NCBI RefSeq assembly: GCF_011386835.1 | Contig: NC_088802.1 | Span: forward strand, 34,534,001-34,598,000 | Direction: 5' to 3' | DNA length: 64,000 nt | Source: Chrysemys picta bellii | Taxonomy: Eukaryota | Part shown: piece after piece, positions 1-12,754 of the stretch | How the letters are laid out: each line of letters opens with the position of its first letter | How positions within the stretch are numbered: the stretch's first letter is position 1 | The notes under the pieces: generated by a model | Told to the model about the DNA's origin: nothing | Database searches by the model: none | The model's input: only the letters and a program-made list of their open reading frames with translations | Position numbers and translations under genes: made by a program

Positions 1-202
1 ATATAATTGTGAGCAATCAGCTGTATGACATACAAAACCTGCCGGGTAAGCCAGAACGCCCAGTGTCAGACCAGCCGTGAGTCTGTGGCGTTGCACCAAA
101 TGGGGCCCTGGTTGGCTGAAGTTGAACGAACTGCTTAATACTGAGAGTTAACAGAGGAGGAGATGGAGATATGTAACTGTGGCTTTTGCCTGATGAAAAG
201 TA

Positions 203-1054
203 TGTCACAGTTCAGAGCAATGGCACCTCAGTGGTTCAGTAAGTGCACCCACTTCCAGCTCCCCAGCCCTTGCCTTTCTGGGTGGAGATCTGCCTCTCTT
301 TTCTTTCTGACTAGGGTATTTCCAGGCTGAACAGTTCCCTGCCTTCACTGTGTTATTCCCAGCAAAGACAATCTGCCTAAACAGACCTGCCTGCTTGCAC
401 TTCCGAGACTGATACCAGAGAGATTGCTACAGCTATAAATTATCACACTGCTCTTTCTAAGCAAGCCTGCTTTATTTTTACGGTGACAAGCATTGCAGAG
501 AAAACCTGTTAGAAACAGTAAAAGAACCTACACACGTGCTAACAAGCTCACTAGAGTTCATCACAACGTTCACATGGGCTGTGGCAGGAGCCATCTTTTC
601 AACACCCCACCCTAAGGGGTTTCCTGTGGTTACAAGCTCATCACTTCAGCTCAGAACAAACACCCAGTCTTATGGGGCTTCAGTGGGCCCAGTCCTTCCA
701 ATCCTCCCCTAAGGACTGGGGCCCTCTGTGGACCAGGGTCCAGTCCATTGGCTGGATTAGGAAGAAGGCCCCAAATCAGCTTAAACTCAGGCTATTTATC
801 CAAAAGACTTTTCACTGTCTGTTGGTCTCTGCTGGAGAATCCAGTTTGAACTAGTATATGCATATCTCTCTGGGGAGAGGGGTCGCTTCAGAGGCTGATA
901 ATGGAGGAAGTTCATCAGCATCCCCCTTTACCTACTAGAGAACTATGCCACATTATATACATGTTCCCCAAAGGTATTACCCCTAATTCAGTAAGGTTTA
1001 ACTTAATTCAGTAATGTTTATCTTAATTCCATAAGGTTTGTTCAAGATATTACA
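203..1054. mobile_element. Probable solo LTR
   Basis: tgtcaca...tattaca (TG...CA) termini, about 850 bp, LTR-like composition; no clear TSD. Confidence 0.45.
983..1040. repeat. Short tandem repeat, about 20-bp unit x3
   Basis: taattcagtaaggtttaact / taattcagtaatgtttatct / taattccataaggttt. Confidence 0.75.
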
Positions 1055-1568
1055 GGCTCTTGTCAGTCTGTTGCAAAGCATGATGCTGCTCTTGAAACCA
1101 GAAGTCTGGTAGCTTTGTTCCGATTGTTATGTTTCCTGGAATGCAACCAGAGACGTTAGTTAGAAATGTAAAATATTCTTGCTGGAAGGTTGCAACATAA
1201 CTTCATTTTAGTAGAATTCAGAATAACAAAATACACAAAACAGACAAAGCGGGCTGCTCCCCGAGGCAACGAGGCACAACCCACCTCACCTTACTCTAGG
1301 CTATCTGTCTGCAGACTGACTTTGATTGTATGTTTCCCTACAGAATGTCGTGCCTGCAAGCAGGACCAGGAAAACCACTGAGAATGTAAAGTGATAAATC
1401 ACATTTTTAACACAATTTTTAATATACCACTTCTATAAACAGGAAGATAAATGGAGTCTGATGAAGGGAAGAGCTGAAACTTCCCTATGAAGACATTGGA
1501 GAATATTCATTGACCATTGATTACAGATAGATTTCCATTTTTAAAACCTTTTTTATTGAACAAGTCTT

Positions 1569-2430
1569 TGTAACAATTAAGTGACAGAGGACATAATGTA
1601 CAGTTTGTTCATGCACAAGCTCAGAGTGGTACATGGAACAAAAGGATAAGATAAAACAGAAGGGAACAAAAGCAAAGTACAATCGGCACCCAGAGATCCT
1701 GACAGTAGAAATAATCCCTGGAGTATATTAGAATTTATATACACATTTTCACCTAGACAGACAATAGATTCATCTCTACTTAGAGAAACATGAAGATGGC
1801 TGAAGTAGTTTATTAAGGGTGAATCTGAATCAAAACTTTGGATGTTGAACAACGTCAAACTTTAAAAGCTAAACTGGATCTGGCTCTGAATTCTAAGACT
1901 TCCCTTCATACAGGATATTTGTAAGAAACAATCAAGCTCTTTTATGGAACCAGGTACCTGAAACAATAGGCACCTCCTCCTAAAACACAGGCACATGGCA
2001 AGACTTGAATAGAAGCTGGACCATGTGGCCCAAAGGATTTCCCTGGAGAATGGCATAGCAAACGCTGGAGCTGGGACATTGGTTCGTGGAGCAGTGTGTG
2101 TCTGTGTATGGGCGAAAAGCAGCAGAAGGATACAGAGAAGGAGCAGAGAAGCCCAGAAACAGCAAGTGAAGTACTGCAGTGTGACCCTGGGAAAAAAATT
2201 AAGAGAGAGATTTTGGATAAAGTGCTGGCTGAGAAGAGGCTTAGAACTGTAAGCAAAGAAACAATCTCCTGTTGTTTGATTCCTACCGTGTCCAGGGAAA
2301 CTGGACTTTGTACATTATTTCTTTGTAAATTGACAGGATTGCCTCAAAGAAATGCCTGACTCCATTATCAATTTCTCCTACCCACACATTCCCTGAAAAT
2401 TGGCTAACCGCTCGGGTCAAAAAGGAATAA
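1569..2430 (+). mobile_element. Possible degraded solo LTR
   Basis: tgtaaca start, purine-rich U3-like body and a ctcgggtcaaaaagg end resembling reptile LTR termini; boundaries uncertain. Confidence 0.35.
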
Positions 2431-2849
2431 TGATAGCAATAGAATCTAATGCCATTGCTTTGTTTGTTAACAGAGCTGATAGACTAGTACAAAAAATTAT
2501 TCAAGGATGTTTTCAGGAATAAGAGCACTCAGGTTTATTGACTGCCCCTGGTAGAGTCTTTATTCAAGAACCTACAGACAGCCATGGAGGTGTACATGAC
2601 AAAATTCACATGTCTTCAATGTTTCATGAATTCTGGCACAAACGTTTCTTCATCAAAAACTTTGTAGATGAAAGCTTGTTATTTGCTATTCCTTAAATGT
2701 TTCATTCATCCAATAAGGGAGCAGAAACATGTGTCATAGGTGACCAATGGGAATAATGAATAGTCACTGAAGGTCAATCAGTGAAGACTTAACAAGCAAC
2801 CCAGAGTCATGGGCAGTGCGTGATTCCTGGATCTGGGGAGGCTGGAAGC

Positions 2850-3260
2850 AAGTCCTGGAAGCTCCCTAGACGTGGGGAGGGCCCACTGGTGCCCAGACAG
2901 TATCCCTTCCCCCCTGCTCTGTCCTGAGACCTGCCCCTGCTCAGCCTCCTCCCCCCCGAGACCCTGCCCACACTCCACCTCTGCCCTGCTCCGCCCCCTC
3001 CTCTGAGGCTCCCCCACCCACCACCCCCTCCTCTCCATCCCCTCCTCTGAGGTCCCCCGTCTTCTGCTCACTCCTCGGGGAGGGGGTGGAACGAAGTGAG
3101 TGATGGGCGAGGGATTCTCGGGGGAAGAGGCAGAGCGGGGCGGGGGAAGAGGAGCAGTGCAAGTGGGGCCATGGGGGAAGAGGACGAGCGGGAATAGGGC
3201 CTTGGGGCAGCGCGTGGGCAGGACCACAGCCCAGGTGCCTTTTCCTGGTTTTCCAGGTGT
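2850..3260. mobile_element. Degraded GC-rich hAT-MITE internal sequence
   Basis: ggggaagaggcagagcggggc-type repeats shared with the intact MITEs in this window; TIRs not clear. Confidence 0.5.
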
Positions 3261-3396
3261 GCTGCATCCTGTTTGGGGAGGCTTAGCCTCCCCAGCTTCT
3301 TATACCTGCCACCCATGCCCAGAATCTGGAAATGATTCATCTCTAACCCATTCAGTGAGTGCTTACAAGCAATGAGCATGTTGTTCCTGCCTGTTG

Positions 3397-3468
3397 GTCT
3401 AGTGCAAGGGACTGGACTTGATGACCTCTTGAGGTCGCTTCCAGCCCTACATTTCTATAAGTCTATGT
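3397..3468 (+). mobile_element. CR1 LINE 3' end fragment
   Basis: ggactggacttgatgacctcttgaggtc...ttctataagtctatg, the CR1 3' tail. Confidence 0.8.
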
Positions 3469-4687
3469 TAAATGAAAATCAGGATGGTTTGCAAAAGATT
3501 CACTTACAGGAAAAGGGGCTAACTCCATAGTGAATGTTGTACACCATGAATAGACTGGTGAGTTTTCTCCCTGTAGCATTTTGTGTGCAGTGATCAAGAA
3601 GCTCTTTTCTAAGTGGAGTACAAAAGCAACATAACCATTCTGGTGGTTGTTAGGTCTTTGCTGCAGTGGTTATAAGGGACCCAGGTTGTCTGATACTGCA
3701 CCCTGATCTTTCCATACTGCAACCCATATGCAAGAGAATTTAAAGTCATGGCTGTGACAGAGATGGCAGTTTTCTGCAGATTCTTGGGAGACCTTATTGA
3801 ATTAAGACTAAGTATCTTTGTGGTCCATTACATTAAATGCAAAGTTTATGTATTATTGTGGGCTAGAGAGCTGACAGCCTTAAAAAACCCCGGTAAGGAG
3901 GGAGAGAGACGCAGGTCTCTGCCCAAGAGAGGTGACGGCTGGAAACTATAATGCTTTTAGTGGATGCCCTCAAGGGACCATGGAGCGGGAAATACAGGTG
4001 AAGTGACCCTGAAACTGAGACAATGGAAACATCGACAGCTGTTCACGCACATTTGAAAAATGTACATCTTTGCCTCTGAATTTTAGTTTGATTTTCATGC
4101 CCCACAGGAATAATCTGCTGATCCTCTTATGCTTCCCAAATGTAAATTGTCCAAAAATCCCCTTGCACCAGAACTTTGAGAAGACTCAACTTATCCTCTC
4201 AGGCATTGTGTCTGGGGAATCCTCATTTGAGAATTTCAGTATACAGCAAATATTCACCATTCGGTGATGATTAAAGTCAGGATTTGGGCTGATGTCTCTG
4301 CAGAGCACATTTAATGAGAATGAAAAGTCAGACTCAGCCTTTTGTGTTTTACATGTTTGTGTGCAGCATGGATTTGTCTCATTATCCAGAGATTTGTAGT
4401 CATTATTCACCGCCTGTGAATTCGGAGGTTTGATGAATGCCAGGGGAAAATTTACAGCATAGCGGGTGAGGGATTGAACCCTTCAGAAATAGTCTACACC
4501 GCATACAGCCAATTTGTGTACCTCTACTCACTGGTGCCTGTGGTTTTCTTTGTACAGAATCCCGTCCTGTACACCAAACCTCCTACCCCCCCCTGCCCCA
4601 TCCTAGTGACTAAGAAGGGTGAACTGGTTAAGGTAAGTGAACCTAATACTCAGCCATTCTGCCACCAGCTTTAACTACCATGTATCA

Positions 4688-4830
4688 CAGTGGTTCTCAA
4701 ACCTTTGTACTGGTGACTCCTTTCATACAGCAAACCTCTGAGTGTGACCTTCCCCCCCCTTTTTTTTATATTTAACACTATTATAAATGCTGGAGGTGAA
4801 GCAGGGTTTGGGGCTGGAGGCTGACAGCTC
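4688..4830. mobile_element. hAT-family MITE terminal fragment
   Basis: cagtggttctcaaacctt TIR-like start; other end missing. Confidence 0.6.
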
Positions 4831-5439
4831 TTCTAGAAAAGCATCCAGCCTGGATGTGAAGACTACAAGAGATGGAGAATCTGCTATAATGGCTCACTGT
4901 CGTCATGCCGGGGTTCCCTCAGTCGGCCTGGCACCTTGCTGGGGGAGTGGCTGGGAGTGACTCTGAGAGACAGGCCAAAATCCAAAAGACTCTGTACAGC
5001 GTGTTTGGGGTGATGGTAAGGAGCCCACACACCAGGGCTGGAGACTGACTAGATGCTTGGAGAGCAAAGGGAGAAAGAGCTGGGGGTGGAACCCTGTAGG
5101 TGGGATTTGAAAATACAATGAGCACTGTGAATGTTTGCTCTTGCCATATCTGAGACCGTAAATATGTGAATAAACTCGACTAGGAATACGGTATCCCGAG
5201 TGCGGTTTGGCACCTCCCTACAAGGCAATAACTCATCCCAGAAGTACAACTCCTCTTCAGCCATCAGCACAAGGGCAATAATTACTCCTCAGCTACTGCA
5301 TGTGGAGAGAGAATATCCTGTCCTCTGAAAACTTAACATCTGAGAGGCCCTGTACTCATTCTGATATAGTACCATTGCTCTGGGAGGTGAACGGCAGTTT
5401 TCAATTCACACACATTTTCCATCATTAAGTTAGTTCTGC

Positions 5440-5560
5440 TTCAGTTGGTTCTCTCTTCTGTAAAGTGGGGATAACTTCACCTGGGCTTGGGAGCCTTCAT
5501 TCATTAATGGTTGTAAAGAGCCTTGGGATGCTTCAAGAGAAGTGCTACCATAAAACACAA
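5440..5560 (+). mobile_element. MIR/CORE-type SINE 3' fragment
   Basis: ctgtaaagtggggata...ttgtaaagagccttggg core and tail motifs. Confidence 0.55.
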
Positions 5561-5629
5561 AGAATAGCTAGACCCCGCCTGAAATAGCTTCCTCAATCTA
5601 AACAAGACAGACACAGAGTAGGTAGGCAG

Positions 5630-6068
5630 TTTTGAGGATACAAGAAGAAAGGGGCATTCAATTAAATGCAGAGGTGAGGAATTCAAAGCAGCTAAAAGGA
5701 GATGCTTTTTCACACAGTGCTGTAATTACTTTAGACTGTGGAACTCATTGCCACAGGAAATCATGGAGATCAAGAATCTAACAAGATTGAAAAGGGGGCT
5801 GGATCATTATCAAGAAGATCCAGAGTTGTTAAAATTAATGACAACACACATTTTGGAAGGGATAGTAAACCTTGCCCTTCAAGGCATGATCCGATCTCAT
5901 TTAGAGGCCAGGATGAGACCTGTGCAGCAGTAGAGTATCCCACATCTGCTACTGCAGGAATCTTACATTTTCTTCTGAAGCATCTGGCACTGGCGACCAT
6001 CACAGACAGGACACTAGGCTAGATGGACCTGGGGTGTGATCCAGTCTGGCAATTGCTATGTTCCTATG
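5630..6068 (+). mobile_element. CR1 LINE 3' fragment (ORF2 C-terminal remnant plus 3'UTR)
   Basis: Remnant peptide LWNSLPQEIMEIKNLTRLKRGLD; ends ctagatggacc...gctatgttcctatg. Confidence 0.85.
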
Positions 6069-6179
6069 TAGAAGCATATCACTGTGATTTCTATTCTAAA
6101 AATTATTATTCATGTTCCCGTTGACTCACTTATTATAACATGTTAGGGAAGCCCCAATAGAAATCAGGGACTCACCATT

Positions 6180-6620
6180 CTAGGTGCTGCAGATACTCTT
6201 AGGAAAAGCCAGTCCCTGCCCCAAGGAGCCTACAGGCTAAACATACAAGAGGTGAGAGGAGTAGGCAGGGACATAGGCACAAAGAGGGGATGCAAACCTG
6301 CTCAAGGACACACAGCAGGTAAATGGCAAAGGCCTGGTCTCCTGACTCCTAGCCTAGTTCCCTATTCACTGGAGCACATGGCCTCCCTCTGTGCCGTGGA
6401 CAGCCTAGAAGAAGTGAGTGATTAGGAGGGATTTTAATGAAGTCAGGCTGTGGGCAGGGGGGAGGGGAGACGGACATGAGTACAGCAGACAACCTGGGCA
6501 CAGAGGAGGATGTGGTGGAAGGTGTGAGCGGAGACCCAACATACTAGGGCAACAAATGGGAGGCTGTCTATTGACTTCAGCAGGATTTGGATTGGGCCCT
6601 AGGCTGGGGCTGTGAAGGCA
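6180..6620 (-). mobile_element. Old L2/MIR-like fragments
   Basis: cagtccctgccccaaggagcctaca and ggtctcctgactcctag antisense motifs; heavily diverged. Confidence 0.4.
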
Positions 6621-7927
6621 GAGCTGTGCCTGGCCTCATAGGTCATGGGGGGCCATGTAGGCACAGAATCCCCTGCAGGAAATAATGTGTTGTGGCCATG
6701 CAATAGTAGTCATCTCTAGCGCTTCTCCTCAGTAGATTCCAGGCCTCATTTTCTGTGTAAACCCCCTCCCCCCCCAACACACTCACACCCACCCACCCCT
6801 GTCTCCTGAGGAGGCGGAGAGGTCAGGGCGGTGATGAGAGACTCAGTAGCTGTGAAGCACTTTAAGCCAAGGAAATCTGATTGCCTTTGTAATGAGATTC
6901 ACTGTGCAGCGTTCACTTTCATTTTGATGGAGTGACTCACTTATCGGCCCAGAGACACGCAGCCCTGGGGCTGGCCTTCATGGTGAGTCTGGAAATGCTC
7001 GCTGGCTTGAGAGTTTCCTAAGGAGACAACAACAGGTACAAACTGGCAGAGCTGCATTAAAGACCCTGGAGCGTTCCTGATGTCTTGGTCCGCTAGAGCC
7101 AAACACACAGAAAGGAGAGCAATGGCCATGACTGGGTCTCTCTGAGACCCTCCCACGCCCCAGGGCCAGGTGTTCTGGGGGTGCTGTTGGCTCAGAAATG
7201 TAGCATTGCAGAATTAGCAACAACAATAGAGCTCCAATCTGCTGTCCGCCCGCCCGCCTCCTGGCTCATCCACGCTGCCGGAGATGGCATCGGGCATGTG
7301 TGTCACTGCCTGTGTCCCTACATCCTGTCAGGGCACTGACATTTCCAAAGGGACTGGGCACGTTTGCATTCGGCAGGGGAAAGGCAGCCAGGTGACTCAG
7401 CCATTCCCCCTTGGAGGCTCCAAGGGCACATTGCTACAGATAACAGGGAAAGGATGGATGCTGATCAGCAAATAGCAGAACAGGAATGATTCTGAGCCCC
7501 TGAGCTCGTGGCTCAATGTCTAACGTGTCTGAGTCAGTGAGTGAGGCTGTCCTCCAGGGACTGGGCCTAGAGAAAGGGACGGAGCACATGCCCTTCAGCA
7601 CATTGGGTGCTGCTGCTCTGTTTTGGAGGCTGGCACTTGTTTCGGTGCCTAAAGCCTGAGCTCTTCTGAAATTCTGACCCTGATTGCAGGTGTCGAGTGC
7701 TTGAAAATCTCCCCTGAGCTCTTTTGGAAAGCTGGCTCCCGGCTGTCACTGTGACTGACGAGAACTCTCCTTAAGGTCTAGTGGGAAAAGCCTGTGGTTT
7801 GGGACCTAATGACCAGCATTTGAGTCCTAGCTTCTGTGTGTGTTCATTGGGCAGCAATTGTGTCTGTTCTCGTTAGCGCCTGGATTCTTGTCAGCCCCTG
7901 GAAGGGCTCTTCCGTCCCAAAGACTAA

Positions 7928-8222
7928 GGCTACGTCCTCACTACGGGGGATGGGGGGTGGGTGTCGATTTAAGATACGCAAATTCAGCTATGCAAATAGC
8001 GTAGCTGAATTCGACATATCGGAGCCGACTTACCCTGCTGTGAGGACGGCGGCAAATCGACCTCCGCAGCTCCCCCATCGACAGCACTTACTCCTACCTC
8101 CGCTGGTGGAGTAGAAGCGTCGATTCGGGGATCGATTGTCGCATCCCGATGAGACGCGATAATTCGATCCCCGAGAGATCGATTTCTACCCGTCGATTCA
8201 GGCGGGTAGTGTAGACCTGCCC
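7928..8222. mobile_element. PIF/Harbinger-type MITE (complete)
   Basis: TIRs ggctacgtcctcact / agtgtagacctgccc, TAA on both flanks, CpG-rich interior. Confidence 0.85.
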
Positions 8223-8413
8223 TAATGCACAGTGGAGTTGCCGCAGGGTAATTTACAAGCCGCTGACAAGCATGTGATGTGTCAGAGCAAAGCATTCTCC
8301 TCATTTCTGTGTAATATGCTGTCTCAGGCCTTCAGCTGTGATGCAACATCATTCCCCCATCCCCTTACCATGGGTTGTGTCTGTGTCCTCTGCAGCTTCC
8401 TGAGCCCTACATG

Positions 8414-8821
8414 CAGGACCGGTGCTACCATTTAGGCAAATTGGGCGGTTGCCTAGGGCACCAAGATTTGGGGGCGCCAAAAAGTGGTGCCCCCAATTTT
8501 TTTTTTACATCGTTCCTATGCCCCCTCCCCGAGCGCGCGGTCGCTGCTCCACTTCTCTCGCCTCCCAGGCTTGCAGCGCCAATCAGCTGTTTGACGCCGC
8601 AAGCCTGGGAGGGGAGGAGAATTGGAGTGGGGGCGGCGTGCTCGGGGAGGAGGCGGAGCAGAGGTGAGCTGGGGTGGGGAGCTGCCGCACGGCTCCCGGG
8701 GGGGGGGAGCTGCCACGGGAGTGGGTGCCTCAGGGCAGAGGGGGGGGGAAGCTGCCACAGGGGGGGCGGGCACAAGGTGGAAGTTTCGCCTAGGGCGCGA
8801 AACTTCCTTGCACCGGCCCTG
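8414..8821. mobile_element. hAT-family MITE (complete)
   Basis: TIRs caggaccggtgc / gcaccggccctg; 8-bp TSD cctacatg / cctgcatg. Confidence 0.9.
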
Positions 8822-9349
8822 CCTGCATGCCACAAGAGCACATGTACTGTTTCTTTAACAGTGTAGTGGGAAGCCAGGCAGGAGAGGGACTCAGGAAGGC
8901 CCTAGGCAAGCTGAGATGGAAGGCCCTGTGCTGACCTTAGCTGGGTGAGTTAATACAGTGCATGCCAAGATACCAACCCCAATCCCCTCCAAGGGGCCAA
9001 GCAAAAGGCTGGCCAAGCAGCACAACAAATAATGGCCCCCCAATGAGAACAGAGAAGAAAAAAAAAAAAGGCCGAGCAGTGCAGCAATAAGGTCCCTGCC
9101 TGCCTGCGTCTAGGACTGGCCCTGGTACATACTTGAGAACACTAGATGGAACTAGTGAGGGAAAGGGGAAGAGAAAGCAAGATGGTGGCGCTGTTTGTTT
9201 CAATAAGGAATCCATTTTAATTGTCCAAACTGCTTGTTCTTTCCACTCAGAACATGAGCGAGGAAAGGGCCATTGGCAAACTGGATTTGCCTTAGAAAAG
9301 AAGGCAGATCCTAAAGAAGACCGCCATATTGATCTTTGCTCCTGTCTTA

Positions 9350-9631
9350 GAATATGTCTACACTGCAATCAGAGATGGGATTGCAGCTTGGGTGAGCATA
9401 CCTTTGCTAGCTTTAATCTAGCTAGCACAGCTCAAAAGAGCAGTGAAGACGTAGTGGCGCAGACCTGGGCTAGGGTTCTGGGTGGGCTGGTACAGCATGT
9501 GCCACTGCATCGTCACTGCTCTTTTTAGCTAGCTAGGTACTGTAAACTAGCTACAGTAGCCAGATTAAAACTAGCACAGGTAGGCCTACCCAAGCTCCCA
9601 TCGCACCTCCGACTGCGGTGCAGACATACCC
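9350..9631. mobile_element. PIF/Harbinger-type MITE (complete)
   Basis: TIRs gaatatgtctacactg / cggtgcagacataccc; TTA on both flanks. Confidence 0.8.
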
Positions 9632-12600
9632 TTAGTGCTCTGCTGAGAGATCTGTCACTCAGAAGGCATTTCCTTGTAGCTTTTCTATACCTTAGCCCTA
9701 GTCTCATCACACGACTTGTATGGAAGCTTGCAGAGGAGCTCATACTCTGGATTTTTGTCATCTGCTTTCAAATTCAAGAGTAAATTTGAAGGAGGCTGGG
9801 CAGTGTGGTTGCCCATAGCAACAGCAGCCTCCGGAGTTGGATGAGTCTCCGGCATTGGTAGGCACCCATCAGTTCCCCCAGCCTGCTGCCGTCTTTCTCA
9901 TTGTCGAGAACTTTCCCTTTTGTTTTGTAAGCCTTGCAGAAAGAAATCCGGGTGGTGATTTGCAGCTGACATCAGCCAGTGAGAGGAGAGAAGGGAGTGA
10001 CTGCAAGGGTCTGACATTGATGGCTGTCATTTTTGATATTGCCTTGAGGTAATTCTTGGGGAATCTTCTGCTTGGTTTTCCCTTTTTCCTCCCTCTGGCT
10101 GCAGGGAGCCCTTTACACTGGATTTTTCTGAGGGGTTGTGTAGTTAGCCTCTGGTATGCTGTTTGGTGGCACTTTTGGATTCCAGTGAAAACCAGGAATT
10201 TCTCCATTTCCACTGATGGAGGTACCTGTCTGAGGAACCTTAAGTCTTGGCAGATCATTGTGACATTGAAGGGCTGGGTCAGAAGCCATCCCTTCCAGTT
10301 CCACTTTCCACAGGTGTTTTAGGGAAAAAGTCTACACACAGGAATGCTTGTGGGACATATTAAGCAAATGTTTGCCAATAGATATATGCTAGGCATAGAA
10401 TCCACCACATTAATAGGTACTACATGCACAGTGTTAATATAACATGCATTATATATTAGTGTTGGGAAGTGACAGTAACTGAATGTATTATGCTCTCCAC
10501 ACAGTTCTGTTCACCCACGTCAAGTATCCCACAACACTTTGCAAAGCTGAAGTCAGCTTTGGCAGTAGAAACTGGGAAACTTGTCAAAGGCAAAACACAT
10601 TAATGTTCTGCCCTGGTGCAAGCTGGGGTGGTACCTTCACCGACCAGTACCTGGAATGCTGGTATCCAAAACAAAGATAAGGAAGGTACAGAACAGTATG
10701 TTAAGGAAGTGGTGGGAGCTGGTGGGTTGGATTTTAGTCACATGTAAAGAGTTTTGTAGCTTGTAAAATCATCCTATAAATACTCCTGGCTGAAATGCAT
10801 CGCTCTGAAGCACACCTGTGTAAGGTGACCACACTGTGAGAATTGGCTTCCCTGAAGGAAGCTGTGCATGTTTTCTTTTTGTCTTGTACTGTTTTGTCTT
10901 TAGACTATGTTTGGTTATTTGGTCTCTTGACAAGTTCTAAGACCAAGTTGTGAGTGTAGTCAAACAATTGGCTACCCCCATATAATCAGTACAAATATAA
11001 GAGAATATTTCCCCAAATCATGGCACCTGATTCTTATTTACCCTTATGCACTCATGGAACAGAGGCCCAGATGCTCAAAGGCGACTAAATCCCTTTGAGG
11101 ATCTGGGCCATAAACAATGCTATGACTACTGCAAGCTAAAATGACTTATACTGCAGCTTCTCCAGGCTGAATCCTTGCAGTGAGCAGCCCACGAATCACC
11201 TGGAGGCCAAGAACGACTTGACAAATGCAGCAAATAAATGAGCAGGACCTGCAAATTGCTCATGGGCAGCTGAAGAAGGAAAAGAGGAGAATAAATTATT
11301 TTAAGTCAGGGAATAAATTATTTGCTTTGAATCGTTCACTCTGCTTTATCATCCACATGGGGCCACCTTCGACTCCTACCAGCCTAGGAGGGATTTGTGC
11401 CTGACCATTTTACTTGCTTCTAGGTTCTCCAGAGTGGACAGGATGGATTTGTCTAGCTGTGGATTAGTTCTGGCTTTAAAAAAGGGACGGAGCTGTTTAG
11501 CACCTCTAGGATTTCCTTACCTTTATCACTACTTTCCTCCCCAAAAGAAAAGGGAAGAAATACTTCCCTTGGGAAGACAAGCACCTGCCTGTGATAGGGC
11601 TCTGAGGACTCACTCATCTGACGTAGCTGTCAGTAACCTCTGCCTGAATTGAATTGCCTGGGTCATTAGGGAAGGCGGTCGCTGGCTGCTCCAACCTGGG
11701 CAGGGGCAGGAAATCAGGGAGCCATAAAAAGCTGTTAGTTCTCATGGCTTCCCCTTTTCCCCTCTCCGGGGCTGCCCAGGGTGGCTGTGGGGGAGGGGAG
11801 CCGTCTGTGCCAGTGACTGCCCTAGACTCAGGCAGAGCCAGTTGAGCCCTTCCCATCCTAGCAGGGAAGCAGAAGATGCTCTCTCATCCCTCCCTGATAT
11901 AGAAAGCAGCTAGTTGGGGAGCTTCTCTGACCCTAAAGTCCCCCTCCATAGCTCAGAGGGGCTGCATAACAGGGGTATTATCTCACCCAATATGCCCCGC
12001 CCATCCCCACTTCCTTCCTCCCCCATGCACTGGCCTGAGGGAGGGGCATGGAGCTGTGAAGCCTGCCATGAAGGGGTATGTACCCCAAACTCCTACTGCC
12101 CACTGCCCTGTTCAGCAGAGACAACTCAGGTCTGCTGCCTGGGAGACCCCCAGAGGACGCAGCAGGACTGACCTCCCTCAAGCAAGATCTGATTGATGAT
12201 TGCCATGAAGATGTAATTCCTGGAATGTTTCCTACCAGCGGTTCCTATTTCTGGTGCTGAGTGAAAACAAAGGCTTTAAGCAGCATGATTCATTTAGCCA
12301 TGGGAAATGAATTGTGGGCTAAGATTACTTAATCAGGGACCTAAGTTAAGGATCTATGCTGCTGCGTATAATAAACAGCTGTGGGTTTTAATTGCCTGCC
12401 CCCTCCTTGGGAAAATGCAGGGTTTTTACAGAATTCTTTCTTTTGGCAGTGAGACGAGGTGGTTAAAGAACTGGAATAAACCTATAGTTTGTTTTGTCTT
12501 ATGTTAACAAAAAATCCCCAATATTTTGAAGTGTTGCATTCTGGTTAAAGCTGGAATCTGTCAACATCTCTTCTGAAGCATCCTATTATCCATCAGCTGT

Positions 12601-12754
12601 GGGCTTTAACTCATCCAATACAGTCTACACAACTCTCACCTCTGTTATTATCTAGGATTGCTGCTGAGAACTAGTGAAGTGACCTTACATGTTTCACAGC
12701 AATGTTTTTGTGTATTAGTCTATAGTGTAATGAACTAGCTAGTGAGTTTGTGGT

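Noticed and set aside
3950-4520. Minus-strand frames with a vaguely FN3-like YF.RVQS motif
   Set aside because: Multiple stops, no consistent splice sites, resemblance too weak to call a pseudogene
8375-8866. 105-163-aa ORFs on both strands
   Set aside because: Inside the hAT MITE 8414-8821
11150-11269. Strong minus-strand polypyrimidine tract and AG acceptor
   Set aside because: No convincing donor or recognisable peptide follows
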